Made by a program: the position numbers and the translations under genes
The notes under the pieces: generated by a model
What the model was told of the DNA's origin: nothing
Databases searched by the model: none
The model's input: the letters and a program-made list of their open reading frames with translations, nothing else
Source of the DNA: Bacteroidota bacterium
GTDB lineage: Bacteria; Bacteroidota; Bacteroidia; Flavobacteriales; Flavobacteriaceae
Direction of reading: 5' to 3'
Length of the DNA: 64,000 nucleotides
Assembly (NCBI GenBank): GCA_042091495.1
Contig: JBELHJ010000002.1
Location: 4,945 to 68,944, forward strand
Shown here: positions 54,914 through 64,000 of the stretch, in pieces
Layout of the letters: every line of letters starts with the position of its first letter
Position numbering within the stretch: the first letter of the stretch is position 1

Positions 54914-56344
54914 ATGAAGCACAAAGATGCGCTCAATAATGAAATTTTTTCAGTAATCACAAAAGCCTCTGTAAACCTAAAGCTACACAGTTACGTTATT
55001 GGAGGTTATGTAAGAGATTACCTTTTAAAGCGTGGATTAAAGAAAGATATTGATATTGTAACTCTAGGAGATGGAATTAATTTGGCTAAAGAAGTTTCTA
55101 ATTTACTACCTCATAAACCGAAGGTAAAAGTCTTTAAAACCTATGGTACGGCTATGCTTCATTTTAATGATATTGATATTGAATTTGTAGGAGCAAGAAA
55201 AGAATCCTATTCTAAAGAAAGCAGAAACCCTAAAGTTGAAGTAGGAACCTTAGAAGATGATCAAAATAGACGTGATTTTACAATTAATACATTAGCAATA
55301 AGTTTATCTGAATCTGACTATGGACAATTAATTGATCCTTTTAATGGGTTGAAAGATTTAAAAGATAAGTGCATTAAAACGCCTCTTGAACCAGATATTA
55401 CATACAGTGACGACCCCTTAAGAATGTTGAGAGCTATTCGTTTTGCTTCTCAGTTAAACTTTAAAATACAGAAAGCCTCTCTGGATGCTATAACAAAAAA
55501 TGCAAATCGTATTGGTATTATAACTAATGAGCGCATTGTTGATGAAATTAATAAAATCCTTCAATGTCCAAAACCTTCTATTGGATTTCATTTAATGGAA
55601 AAAACGGGGCTTCTTAAACTTATAATCCCTGAACTAACTGCTCTAAAAGGTATTGACGAAATTGAAGGTCAAAAACATAAAGATAATTTTTTCCATACTC
55701 TAGAAGTTGTAGATAATATTTCACAACACAGTGATAATTTATGGTTAAGATGGGCTGCATTGCTTCACGATATTGGTAAGGCGCCAACTAAAAAGTTCTC
55801 AAAAAAAATTGGATGGACATTTCATGGTCATGAATTTGAAGGCTCTAAAATGGTATACCAGCTATTTAAAAGATTAAAAATGCCATTAAATGATAAAATG
55901 AAATTTGTTCAAAAAATGGTTTTAATGAGCTCTAGACCTATTGTTCTTGCTAACGATGATGTTACTGACTCTGCGGTAAGAAGACTTATTTTTGATGTTG
56001 GTGATCATGTTGAGGATTTAATGACCTTATGCGAAGCTGACATCACCACTAAGAATGCTAATAAATTCAATAAATATCATAACAACTTTAAAATTGTAAG
56101 ATCTAAAATTATTGAAGTTGAAGAAAGGGATCATGTAAGAAATTTTCAGCCCCCCATTTCAGGTGAAAACATAATGACTACATTTAACATTGGACCTTCT
56201 AAAGAAATTGGAGTTATTAAAGAACAAATTAAAGAGGCTATTTTAGAGGGACACATCAATAATAATTTTGATGAAGCCTATGAACTTATGGTTGAACTTG
56301 GAAAAAAGCTTGGACTCAATAAAACATCCTCTAATGAAGTATAG
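54914..56344 (+). CDS. CCA-adding tRNA nucleotidyltransferase / poly(A) polymerase family with HD domain
   Basis: GGYVRDYLLKR...KDIDIV head domain, RDFTINTLA, LRAIRFASQLNF, HD region LLHDIGK. Confidence 0.85.
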   Translation: MKHKDALNNEIFSVITKASVNLKLHSYVIGGYVRDYLLKRGLKKDIDIVTLGDGINLAKEVSNLLPHKPKVKVFKTYGTAMLHFNDIDIEFVGARKESYSKESRNPKVEVGTLEDDQNRRDFTINTLAISLSESDYGQLIDPFNGLKDLKDKCIKTPLEPDITYSDDPLRMLRAIRFASQLNFKIQKASLDAITKNANRIGIITNERIVDEINKILQCPKPSIGFHLMEKTGLLKLIIPELTALKGIDEIEGQKHKDNFFHTLEVVDNISQHSDNLWLRWAALLHDIGKAPTKKFSKKIGWTFHGHEFEGSKMVYQLFKRLKMPLNDKMKFVQKMVLMSSRPIVLANDDVTDSAVRRLIFDVGDHVEDLMTLCEADITTKNANKFNKYHNNFKIVRSKIIEVEERDHVRNFQPPISGENIMTTFNIGPSKEIGVIKEQIKEAILEGHINNNFDEAYELMVELGKKLGLNKTSSNEV

Positions 56345-57359
56345 GTTTAGAAAAGTTGCTAAAATTGCTTTAGTTCTCATCTATTTGGTGATAGCAGCAG
56401 GTGCTATTGTTAGAATGACAGGATCTGGCATGGGTTGTCCTGACTGGCCTAAGTGTTTTGGGTATTACATTCCTCCTACCGACATCTCTGAATTAGAATT
56501 TATCCAAAATCACTCTTATGATAAAGGAATGGTTGTTATCAAAGATGACAATTTATATGTAGCCTCTAAATCCTTTATCTCAGGAGCTCAATTTAATCTT
56601 GATAATTGGTCTGAGTATACTACACATGATTATGCTATTTTTAATCCAATTCATACTTGGGTTGAATATATAAATCGTTTAATTGGTGCACTCTCAGGAC
56701 TTCCTGTAATTGGGATGTTTTTACTTTCATTCTTTTTTTGGAAAGACAAAAAGTTGATTACCATACTCTCTACCTTAACCCTCTTAGGTTTAGGATTTCA
56801 AGCTTGGCTTGGGAAAACGGTTGTTGATTCTAACTTAGCGCCCTATAAAATCACTTTACATATGGTTATGGCCTTGGTTATTGTTGCTATGATTCTCTGT
56901 GTTATTTTTAAATCCAAGACCTCATTTAAAATACAGCAATATAATAGCACATTTCATAAATTACTTGTTTTGGGAATCTTGCTTAGTCTTATTCAAATCA
57001 TCCTTGGAACTCAAGTAAGGCAATTTGTTGATGAAAATGTAAAACTATTTGGTGATGCGAAAACATTTTGGTTAAATCAACCCGATTTAACCTTTTATAT
57101 TCACCGTTCCTTCTCAATTCTGGTTCTAATAGTAAATGTTTTATTATTGAGAACTAATTATAAAAAGGCATTGAATTTTAATAAAATAAATTTAGTAATT
57201 GTTGGAATTGGTATTGAAATAGTCACAGGAATCGCAATGTATTATTTTGATTTTCCTTTCTCTACTCAATCCATTCATTTATTTATAGCTACTCTAATTA
57301 TTGGTATCCAATATTACATTTTTCTTGAAAGTTCGCATTTTAAAAAAAAGATTGTTTAG
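56334..57359 (+). CDS. ctaA: heme A synthase (COX15/CtaA family)
   Basis: RMTGSGMGCPDWPKCFG motif and about 8 TM segments. Start placed at MKYRFRKVAKIAL (56334), giving an 11-nt overlap with the upstream gene instead of 77 nt. Confidence 0.85.
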   Translation: MKYRFRKVAKIALVLIYLVIAAGAIVRMTGSGMGCPDWPKCFGYYIPPTDISELEFIQNHSYDKGMVVIKDDNLYVASKSFISGAQFNLDNWSEYTTHDYAIFNPIHTWVEYINRLIGALSGLPVIGMFLLSFFFWKDKKLITILSTLTLLGLGFQAWLGKTVVDSNLAPYKITLHMVMALVIVAMILCVIFKSKTSFKIQQYNSTFHKLLVLGILLSLIQIILGTQVRQFVDENVKLFGDAKTFWLNQPDLTFYIHRSFSILVLIVNVLLLRTNYKKALNFNKINLVIVGIGIEIVTGIAMYYFDFPFSTQSIHLFIATLIIGIQYYIFLESSHFKKKIV

Positions 57360-57386
57360 TATCTTTATAACCTGAAATTAAGTAAT

Positions 57387-57905
57387 ATGATATACCGATT
57401 TAGAATTATATTAGATAATGATACTGAGGATGACATTTTTAGAGATCTTGAAATAAGAGACTCTGATACTATGGAAGACCTCCATAACGTTGTTTCACAA
57501 TCCTTTGGGTTTGATGGCTCTGAGATGGGCTCATTTTATCTGAGTGATGATGATTGGAACCAAGGTGAAGAAATTACCTTGTTTGATATGAGTGAAGGTT
57601 TGAATACTGTAAGATTAATGAATGAAACAACAATTAATGATGTTGTAGATGCTAACAAAACTAAGTTGATATATGTTTATGACTTTTTTAACATGTGGAC
57701 CTTTTTCGTTGAACTTGCAGAGATTGTAGAGGAAGCTGAAGGTCAAGATTATCCTAATCTAATGTTTGTTCACGGTCAAATACCAACTGAAGCCCCTCAA
57801 AAAGCATTTTCTGCAGAATCAGAACTTGATGAGTTTAACGAGTATGATGACGATTATAATGTTGATGATTATGATGATTTAAATTTTGATAAAAATTGGA
57901 ATTAA
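57387..57905 (+). CDS. PRiA4b ORF-3-like family protein with acidic C-terminal tail
   Basis: IYRFRIILDNDTEDDIFRDLEIRDSDTMEDLHNVVSQSFGFDGSEMGSFYL and YVYDFFNMWTFFVEL resemble the pRiA4b-ORF3 / IS1096 passenger TnpR family signature (recalled, not searched). The tail is D/E/Y/N rich. Confidence 0.55.
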   Translation: MIYRFRIILDNDTEDDIFRDLEIRDSDTMEDLHNVVSQSFGFDGSEMGSFYLSDDDWNQGEEITLFDMSEGLNTVRLMNETTINDVVDANKTKLIYVYDFFNMWTFFVELAEIVEEAEGQDYPNLMFVHGQIPTEAPQKAFSAESELDEFNEYDDDYNVDDYDDLNFDKNWN

Positions 57906-58003
57906 AATCTTTAGAAATACTTTAATAAATAAGCGTCTATTTTTTAGAGGCTTTTTTTTTGTAACAAAATGTAATGTAATTCGTCTAAAAGAAAAACTAC
58001 TTT

Positions 58004-58906
58004 ATGCCTAATACCATTTTAAAAATTAAAGGCCTCAATAAATCATTTGGTGCATTAAAAGCTCTAAACAATGTGTCTTTTTCGATTGAAAAAGGGAATG
58101 TTTACGGCATTTTGGGCCCTAATGGCAGTGGTAAATCTACCACTCTAGGTATTGTTCTCAATGTTGTTAACGCATCCTCCGGATCGTTTGAATGGTTTGA
58201 TGGAAGCCTATCTACTCATGAAGCCCTTAAAAAAGTTGGCGCTATTATTGAACGCCCAAACTTTTACCCTTACATGACTGCCTACCAAAATTTAAAATTG
58301 GTTTGTAAAATCAAACATATTACTTATGATCAAATAAACGAGGTACTGAAAACCGTTGGATTACTGGATAGAAAAGACTCTAAGTTTAGAACGTTCTCTT
58401 TGGGTATGAAGCAACGTCTCGCCATTGCATCAGCGTTATTAAATGATCCTGAGATTTTAATTCTAGATGAACCTACTAATGGATTGGATCCACAAGGGAT
58501 TCATCAAATAAGAGAAATTATAAAAACCATTGCCTCTAACGGCACTACGATTCTACTGGCGTCACATTTACTTGATGAAGTTGAAAAAGTTTGTTCCCAT
58601 GTTGTGGTCTTAAGAAAAGGTAATATTTTATATTCTGGAGAAGTCGAAAAAATGATAAATAGCCATGGCTATTTTGAACTTAATTCCGAAAATAACGAAG
58701 AATTAGAACAAATTTTAAGGGACTTAAATCTTTTTAAAACAATTCAACCTGATGAATTTGGAATAACGGCACACCTAAATCAAGACTTTAGTGCTACTGA
58801 GCTGAACAAAATATTGGTATCAAAAGGGATTTTTGTATCGCATTTGGTAAAGAAAAAAGAGAGTCTTGAAGAGCAATTTTTAATACTAACCGATAATAAA
58901 AACTAA
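58004..58906 (+). CDS. ABC transporter ATP-binding protein
   Basis: Walker A GPNGSGKST, signature FSLGMKQR, Walker B ILILDEPTNGLD, H-loop SHLL. Confidence 0.9.
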   Translation: MPNTILKIKGLNKSFGALKALNNVSFSIEKGNVYGILGPNGSGKSTTLGIVLNVVNASSGSFEWFDGSLSTHEALKKVGAIIERPNFYPYMTAYQNLKLVCKIKHITYDQINEVLKTVGLLDRKDSKFRTFSLGMKQRLAIASALLNDPEILILDEPTNGLDPQGIHQIREIIKTIASNGTTILLASHLLDEVEKVCSHVVVLRKGNILYSGEVEKMINSHGYFELNSENNEELEQILRDLNLFKTIQPDEFGITAHLNQDFSATELNKILVSKGIFVSHLVKKKESLEEQFLILTDNKN

Positions 58907-58907
58907 G

Positions 58908-59732
58908 ATGATAAGATTAATTCAAATTGAATTACATAAGCTTTTGCGAAATAACGTTAGTAAAATTTTAATTTTTGCTTCATTCATTCTGCCATTCACT
59001 TTTTTAATTTTATCCTCCATCAAAATTAACTTCTTAGGATATTTTACGCTTGAATTAGGAGAATTAGGCATTTTTAATTTCCCTATAATTTGGCATGTGA
59101 GCACCTACTTTGCTGCTTTTTTCAAATTCTTTTTCGCTATTGTTATTGTTAGTATGATTGGAAATGAATATAGCAACAAAACCATCAAGCAAAATTTAAT
59201 AGATGGCCTAAGCAAAAAAGAATTCTTACTATCAAAATTTTATACCATAGTATTCTTCTCACTTGTAGCTACAGTACTTTTAGGTATAGGGTCTTTAGTT
59301 ATTGGAAGCATTTATTCAAGCTATGGAGGATTCACTGTTATGGTTAGAGAGATGGAGTTTTTACTTGCCTATTTTGTTAAGTTAATTGGTTTCTTCTCGC
59401 TGTGTTTATTTTTTGGAATTTTAGTAAAAAAATCTGCTTTTGCATTAGGATTTCTTTTATTACTTCAAATCTTGGAAGGCATAGGATACGGTATGATGCG
59501 CTGGAAATTAGCAAGAGAGACTGCAGATTTTCTTCAAAATTTATTTCCACTTCACGCCATGTATAAACTGATTGATGATCCTATAAGACGGTTGGCAAAA
59601 ATGAAAGTCACCGACAATGAGTTTTTAAATTACGACTATGGTGTACACGCTCATGAAATTGCTATTGTATTGGGTTGGACTTTAATTTTCACCTATTTTT
59701 CCTACAGACTTCTTAAACGTAGAGATTTGTAA
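58908..59732 (+). CDS. ABC-2 type transporter permease
   Basis: 274 aa, about 6 TM segments. Starts 1 nt after the ATPase stop. Confidence 0.7.
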   Translation: MIRLIQIELHKLLRNNVSKILIFASFILPFTFLILSSIKINFLGYFTLELGELGIFNFPIIWHVSTYFAAFFKFFFAIVIVSMIGNEYSNKTIKQNLIDGLSKKEFLLSKFYTIVFFSLVATVLLGIGSLVIGSIYSSYGGFTVMVREMEFLLAYFVKLIGFFSLCLFFGILVKKSAFALGFLLLLQILEGIGYGMMRWKLARETADFLQNLFPLHAMYKLIDDPIRRLAKMKVTDNEFLNYDYGVHAHEIAIVLGWTLIFTYFSYRLLKRRDL

Positions 59733-59753
59733 TATCTTTACGCAAAAAGTTAA

Positions 59754-62744
59754 ATGATAAGAAAATTATGGATTCTACTCATATTAGGTAGTATCTCATC
59801 TTTTGGGCATGCACAAAAACAAGCGGCCAATTGGTATTTTGGAGAAAATGCGGGATTAAAATTTGGTGGATGTGGAAATCCGCCAACTGCAATCTCTGGT
59901 CAATTAAACACCAAAGAAGGATCAACTTCTATTTCTGATGAAGATGGCAACTTGCTCTTCTACACAGATGGTATAACTGTGTATAACAAAAATGATAATG
60001 TGTTGCAGAATGGAGACAATCTTTTTGGCAATCCTTCCAGTGCGCAATCTGCGATTATTGTACCTAAACCTGGTGACCCCAATATTTATTATATTTTCAC
60101 TGTAGATACTGTGGTTCAACAAGGCCAGACTAGTAATGGGTTTAATTATTCAGAAGTAGACATGTCATTAAATAATGGGTTGGGTGGAATAACTTCAAAA
60201 AACAATAACCTGTTGCGTTTCAGTTCAGAAAAAATTACTTCGACTTTTAAAAATCCAGATGGCTCCAAAATATGGGTAATTACGTTTGCATCTACTGATG
60301 GAACTTCTGATTCTGTTTATGTAGGAAATGACACCTATAATCCTGCAGCTTATAATACATTTCATGTCTTTGAAATTGATAGTAATGGTATTAACACGAA
60401 TTCTATTAAATCTCCTTCAGGAGTAGGTAATGTTGGTGATAGAAGAGGTTATTTGAAAATTTCTCCTGATGGAAAAAAATTAGTTTGCGCCAATACATCT
60501 AGTGGAACATACTTGTATGATTTTGATGTAGAAACTGGACAAGTATTTAATCCTGTAACTCTTAATTTAGTTGATACATCGTCAGGAAATTGGGCTTCAA
60601 CAAATCAGGGTTATGGTGTGGAGTTTTCACCTAACAGTAAATACTTATATGTAACCGCATGGAATGGATCTGGAACCTCTTCTGAAAGATCCATCCTTTA
60701 CCAATTTGATTTATCTGATGCAAATTTGCCTAGAGAAATTATTGATCGTCAAAGTAGCCTTTTCAGAGGTGCCCTTCAGTTAGGTCCAGACGGAAAAATT
60801 TATCGTGCAATGAGTCAGTCTTACGATATTGGATTACCCTATTTGGGTGTTATCAATTCTCCAAATGAAAATGGAATTAATTGTGATTACATTCCTCAAG
60901 GATTAAGTCTAGCCAACGGAACATTAAGCACGCAAGGGCTTCCTCCTTTCATTCAGTCATATTTCTTTAATACAATCGATGTATTTATCGATAATACTAA
61001 AAAAGAATCCTCGGCACTTTGTAATAACGATATTTTTAAACTCGACTTAGGTAACGATTTACTCATTACATTTCCAAACGTAATTTGTAATTGGTATTTT
61101 AATAATACGCCCATTCCTGGAAATACTGTTTTCCAAGACAACTTAACACAACCGGGAGTTTACCGTGTTGAAATTGACCCTAATGATGGTATCGGGTGTT
61201 CATATTCTAGAGAAATAGAAATTACTTTTGATCCACTCCCAGAAGTATTCAGTCATGAAATAGCTCAATGTGCTATGATAGGAAATACGAAATCCATTTT
61301 TAGTTTTCCTGAAACTTTACCTGATCCTGACACCCTGCCTTATTATGATTATGTTGAGATAACTTGTGATGGTGATCCAAATTGTATTCAAAACATTTTA
61401 AATAACCCCCTTGATTTAGAATATTTTGAAGATAATATGGCTAATGTCCGTATCACATCCGTAAACCTATCAAACTATGAATCTGAAGCCAAAACTATTT
61501 GGGTGAGAACCAGGAATACAAATTCTGAAAGTCAATGTGCTAGTGAACTTAAACCTTTAATTCTTAGGGTTAATCCCTTAGGAAATTTAAATACAACTAC
61601 AACGGCGCTTGTCATAGCTGAATGTAATATCAATGATGATGATGTTAATGGAAATGCTAGAGGTGATTTTAATTTAGACCGTGATGAAATAAAACAGAAA
61701 TTAGTAAATAATCCGAATTTTGGTTTAGACCCTGGCTTAATAAATGATTACAATTACAGTTTTTATGAAGTTCTTGAAGATGCACAATTAAGAAATAGTA
61801 ATGCCATTGATGTAACTTCAACTTATTTATCAAAAGCCAAAGACATATTTATTAGAGTAGATGACCTTTCCTCAAGTGTTGGTTGTGTTGGCATCTCAAA
61901 AATAAAATTAATTATTGAAGAAGGTGATATCCCCGAGGATTACTCTAATGATGATTTAGTAGTTTGTAAAACTTATGATGATGTTTCAAAAAACAGTATC
62001 ACCCTAAATGCCCTAGATAACTTAGATCCTAATGCTAGCTATGCATATGAATGGGTAAATGATATAACTGGTGAAGTTATTAGTAATGATAAAATTGCTG
62101 ACATAAATTTAGCTGGTACTTACACATATACCATTTACAAGACTCACCTAGCCAACAAAAAAAATTATGCTTACGATATTACTTGTGAAACCTCGGGAAG
62201 TGTTACAATAAACCCTTCTGAAATTGCCGTTTTTGAAACGCCAGCTTTTGAAACCACAGACGGGAAAGACTACAATTCTATAACAGTTTATGTTAATGGC
62301 GATGGAGTTTATGAATATGCCCTTTTTGAATTAATTAATGGTAAAGAGTATGAAATTGAAGACTATCAAACTTCAAATATTTTCAATAATATCCAAGCAG
62401 GTAATTTTAGGGTTTATGTTAGAGATACCAAATATACTGAAGATATCGATGTGGGTTGCGGTTTAACTGAAGGTTTAGTTTCAATAATTGGTTTTCCTAA
62501 GTTTTTTACGCCTAGAAAAAATGGTAAGAATGACTTCTGGCAAATTAAAGGGGCAGGCTTGCAGCCTGATTCTAAAGTTGAAATCTATAATAGATATGGT
62601 AAGTTAATCCAAGAATTGGCTCCAAATATGCAAGGGTGGGATGGTACTTATAAAGGAAATCCAATGCCTGCCAATGATTATTGGTTTAAAGCATTATTGC
62701 AAGACGGAAGAGTGATATATGATCATTTTTCACTGGTAAGATAA
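59754..62744 (+). CDS. large secreted surface protein with T9SS type-B (gliding-motility-associated) C-terminal domain
   Basis: 996 aa with signal peptide. N-terminus QKQAANWYFGENAGLKFGG, typical of this flavobacterial family. Cys-bracketed Ig-like middle modules. C-terminus FPKFFTPRKNGKNDFWQIKG...EIYNRYGKLI...WDGTYKGNPMPANDYWF...HFSLVR matches the type-B CTD. Confidence 0.8.
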   Translation: MIRKLWILLILGSISSFGHAQKQAANWYFGENAGLKFGGCGNPPTAISGQLNTKEGSTSISDEDGNLLFYTDGITVYNKNDNVLQNGDNLFGNPSSAQSAIIVPKPGDPNIYYIFTVDTVVQQGQTSNGFNYSEVDMSLNNGLGGITSKNNNLLRFSSEKITSTFKNPDGSKIWVITFASTDGTSDSVYVGNDTYNPAAYNTFHVFEIDSNGINTNSIKSPSGVGNVGDRRGYLKISPDGKKLVCANTSSGTYLYDFDVETGQVFNPVTLNLVDTSSGNWASTNQGYGVEFSPNSKYLYVTAWNGSGTSSERSILYQFDLSDANLPREIIDRQSSLFRGALQLGPDGKIYRAMSQSYDIGLPYLGVINSPNENGINCDYIPQGLSLANGTLSTQGLPPFIQSYFFNTIDVFIDNTKKESSALCNNDIFKLDLGNDLLITFPNVICNWYFNNTPIPGNTVFQDNLTQPGVYRVEIDPNDGIGCSYSREIEITFDPLPEVFSHEIAQCAMIGNTKSIFSFPETLPDPDTLPYYDYVEITCDGDPNCIQNILNNPLDLEYFEDNMANVRITSVNLSNYESEAKTIWVRTRNTNSESQCASELKPLILRVNPLGNLNTTTTALVIAECNINDDDVNGNARGDFNLDRDEIKQKLVNNPNFGLDPGLINDYNYSFYEVLEDAQLRNSNAIDVTSTYLSKAKDIFIRVDDLSSSVGCVGISKIKLIIEEGDIPEDYSNDDLVVCKTYDDVSKNSITLNALDNLDPNASYAYEWVNDITGEVISNDKIADINLAGTYTYTIYKTHLANKKNYAYDITCETSGSVTINPSEIAVFETPAFETTDGKDYNSITVYVNGDGVYEYALFELINGKEYEIEDYQTSNIFNNIQAGNFRVYVRDTKYTEDIDVGCGLTEGLVSIIGFPKFFTPRKNGKNDFWQIKGAGLQPDSKVEIYNRYGKLIQELAPNMQGWDGTYKGNPMPANDYWFKALLQDGRVIYDHFSLVR

Positions 62745-62753
62745 GTTATTAAG

Positions 62754-64000
62754 ATGAAATTCAAAATTGAATCAGAATTTACTCCAACTGGAGATCAACC
62801 AAAAGCTATTAAATCGCTTTCAGATGGTATTTTTAATAATGAAAAATACCAAACGTTGTTGGGTGTAACAGGTTCAGGTAAAACCTATACTGTAGCTAAC
62901 GTTATTGAAAATGTACAAAGACCAACTTTAGTTTTAGCGCATAACAAAACTTTAGCTGCACAGCTTTACTCTGAGTTTAAACAATTTTTTCCAAATAACG
63001 CGGTTGAATATTTTGTCTCCTACTACGATTATTATCAACCTGAAGCTTATATTCCCGTTTCAGGTGTTTATATAGAAAAAGATCTTTCTATTAATGAGGA
63101 AATAGAAAAATACCGATTAAGTACCACCTCATCTTTATTATCTGGAAGAAGGGATGTTATTGTTGTGGCCTCGGTCTCATGTCTTTATGGTATTGGAAAT
63201 CCAGTTGAGTTTCAAAAAAATGTTATTTCTATTGAGGTTGGTCAAGAGATTTCCAGGACTAAATTACTACATCAATTAGTTCAAAGTTTATACTCAAGAA
63301 CTGAAGCTGACTTTTCAAATGGTAATTTCAGAATCAAAGGAGATACCTTAGATATTTTTCCTGGTTATGCAGATGAACCTTTCAGAATTCATTTTTTTGG
63401 TGACGAAATTGAGGAAATTGAATCCTTTGATGTACAAACAAATCAAATCATTGAATCCTACGAGGGACTTACAGTTTATCCTGCTAACATGTTTGTTACC
63501 TCTCCCGATGTATTACAAAATGCTATAGTTAACATACAAGATGATCTGTTGAAACAATATGATTATTTTAAAGATATAGGCAAACATCTTGAAGCAAAAC
63601 GCCTAAAAGAAAGAACTGAATTTGATCTTGAAATGATAAAAGAGCTGGGGTATTGCTCTGGTATAGAAAATTATTCGAGATATCTTGATGGTAGAGCGGC
63701 AGGAACAAGACCATTTTGTTTAATGGACTATTTTCCTGATGATTTTCTAATGGTTATAGATGAAAGTCATGTCACCGTTTCACAAGTTCATGCCATGTAC
63801 GGTGGTGACCGAAGTAGAAAAGAAAATTTAGTTGAATATGGTTTTAGATTACCAGCTGCACTTGACAATAGACCATTAAAATTTGAAGAGTTTGAGTCAC
63901 TTCAAAATCAAGTTATTTATGTTAGTGCAACACCTGCTGATTATGAGCTACAAAAAACAGATGGTATATATACCGAACAAATTATTAGACCCACTGGTTT
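62754..64000 (+). CDS. uvrB: excinuclease ABC subunit B (partial; continues past the window end)
   Basis: Absent from the ORF track (no stop). My translation from ATG 62754: [101 protein letters not shown], the canonical UvrB N-terminus. Confidence 0.95.
   Translation, partial: MKFKIESEFTPTGDQPKAIKSLSDGIFNNEKYQTLLGVTGSGKTYTVANVIENVQRPTLVLAHNKTLAAQLYSEFKQFFPNNAVEYFVSYYDYYQPEAYIPVSGVYIEKDLSINEEIEKYRLSTTSSLLSGRRDVIVVASVSCLYGIGNPVEFQKNVISIEVGQEISRTKLLHQLVQSLYSRTEADFSNGNFRIKGDTLDIFPGYADEPFRIHFFGDEIEEIESFDVQTNQIIESYEGLTVYPANMFVTSPDVLQNAIVNIQDDLLKQYDYFKDIGKHLEAKRLKERTEFDLEMIKELGYCSGIENYSRYLDGRAAGTRPFCLMDYFPDDFLMVIDESHVTVSQVHAMYGGDRSRKENLVEYGFRLPAALDNRPLKFEEFESLQNQVIYVSATPADYELQKTDGIYTEQIIRPTG

Noticed and set aside
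57387-57905. PRiA4b-ORF3 / IS1096-passenger-like gene considered as a marker of a mobile element or plasmid insertion.
   Set aside because: No transposase, terminal inverted repeats, target duplications or compositional break are visible around it, and the flanking genes are core housekeeping genes.
57960-57979. TGTAA repeated three times upstream of the ABC operon (TGTAACAAAATGTAATGTAA), considered as a possible second target of the XRE regulator whose own region carries TGTAAAA repeats.
   Set aside because: Only the 5-nt core is shared, the spacing (10 and 5 nt) differs from the 21-nt phasing at 1844-1892, and TGTAA is common in AT-rich DNA. The evidence is too weak to link the loci.
58004-59732. 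ABC ATPase/permease pair considered as the gliding-motility GldA/GldF transporter.
   Set aside because: There is no gldG-like third gene, the permease is a generic ABC-2 type, and I do not recognise GldA/GldF-specific sequence. Only the neighbourhood to a T9SS cargo is suggestive, as noted in the findings.
1-64000. Searched for CRISPR arrays, tRNA/rRNA genes, riboswitch-sized leaders, IS elements, integrases and prophage or defence-island genes.
   Set aside because: No intergenic region exceeds about 230 nt and none shows repeat-spacer periodicity or GC-rich cloverleaf stems. No ORF shows transposase, integrase, nuclease-helicase or other defence-type motifs that I can recognise.

Overview
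AT-rich Bacteroidota (Flavobacteriaceae-like) chromosomal segment. It is densely coding, with the largest intergenic gap about 230 nt. I see no rRNA/tRNA genes, CRISPR arrays, transposases, integrases or phage genes. Layout: (1) 1-1.9 kb: a partial GAF histidine kinase and a small DUF2975-like membrane protein/XRE regulator pair. (2) 1.9-25.2 kb: a complete alpha-glucan (starch/maltodextrin) polysaccharide utilization locus. A minus-strand operon MFS-pgmB-GH65-GH13-esterase-GH31-GH13-GH43 with a LacI regulator lies divergent from susC, susD, a susE/F-like gene and a T9SS-secreted GH13 amylase. (3) 25.3-29.6 kb: two secreted amidohydrolase-fold proteins. (4) 29.6-48.4 kb: housekeeping genes (TrmH, M48 peptidase, RelA/SpoT, Fur, purA, OstA-like, aminotransferase, TPR, two DUF368, aroE, DUF349, mazG, def, ruvX, dapD). 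(5) 48.4-54.3 kb: a compact LPS-core-type glycosyltransferase/kinase cluster on alternating strands. (6) 54.3-64 kb: tsaC-like, CCA-adding enzyme, heme A synthase, PRiA4b-ORF3-like protein, ABC-2 transporter, a 996-aa T9SS type-B-CTD surface protein and partial uvrB. I found no convincing defence, toxin or mobile system. The most unusual items are architectural: a SusD-like protein with two CBM-like modules inserted in tandem; a SusE/F-like protein whose duplicated module stays identical at protein level despite synonymous divergence; shared cis-elements in the PUL control regions; and phased repeats upstream of the XRE/DUF2975 pair. All family names come from motif recognition by eye, not from database searches.
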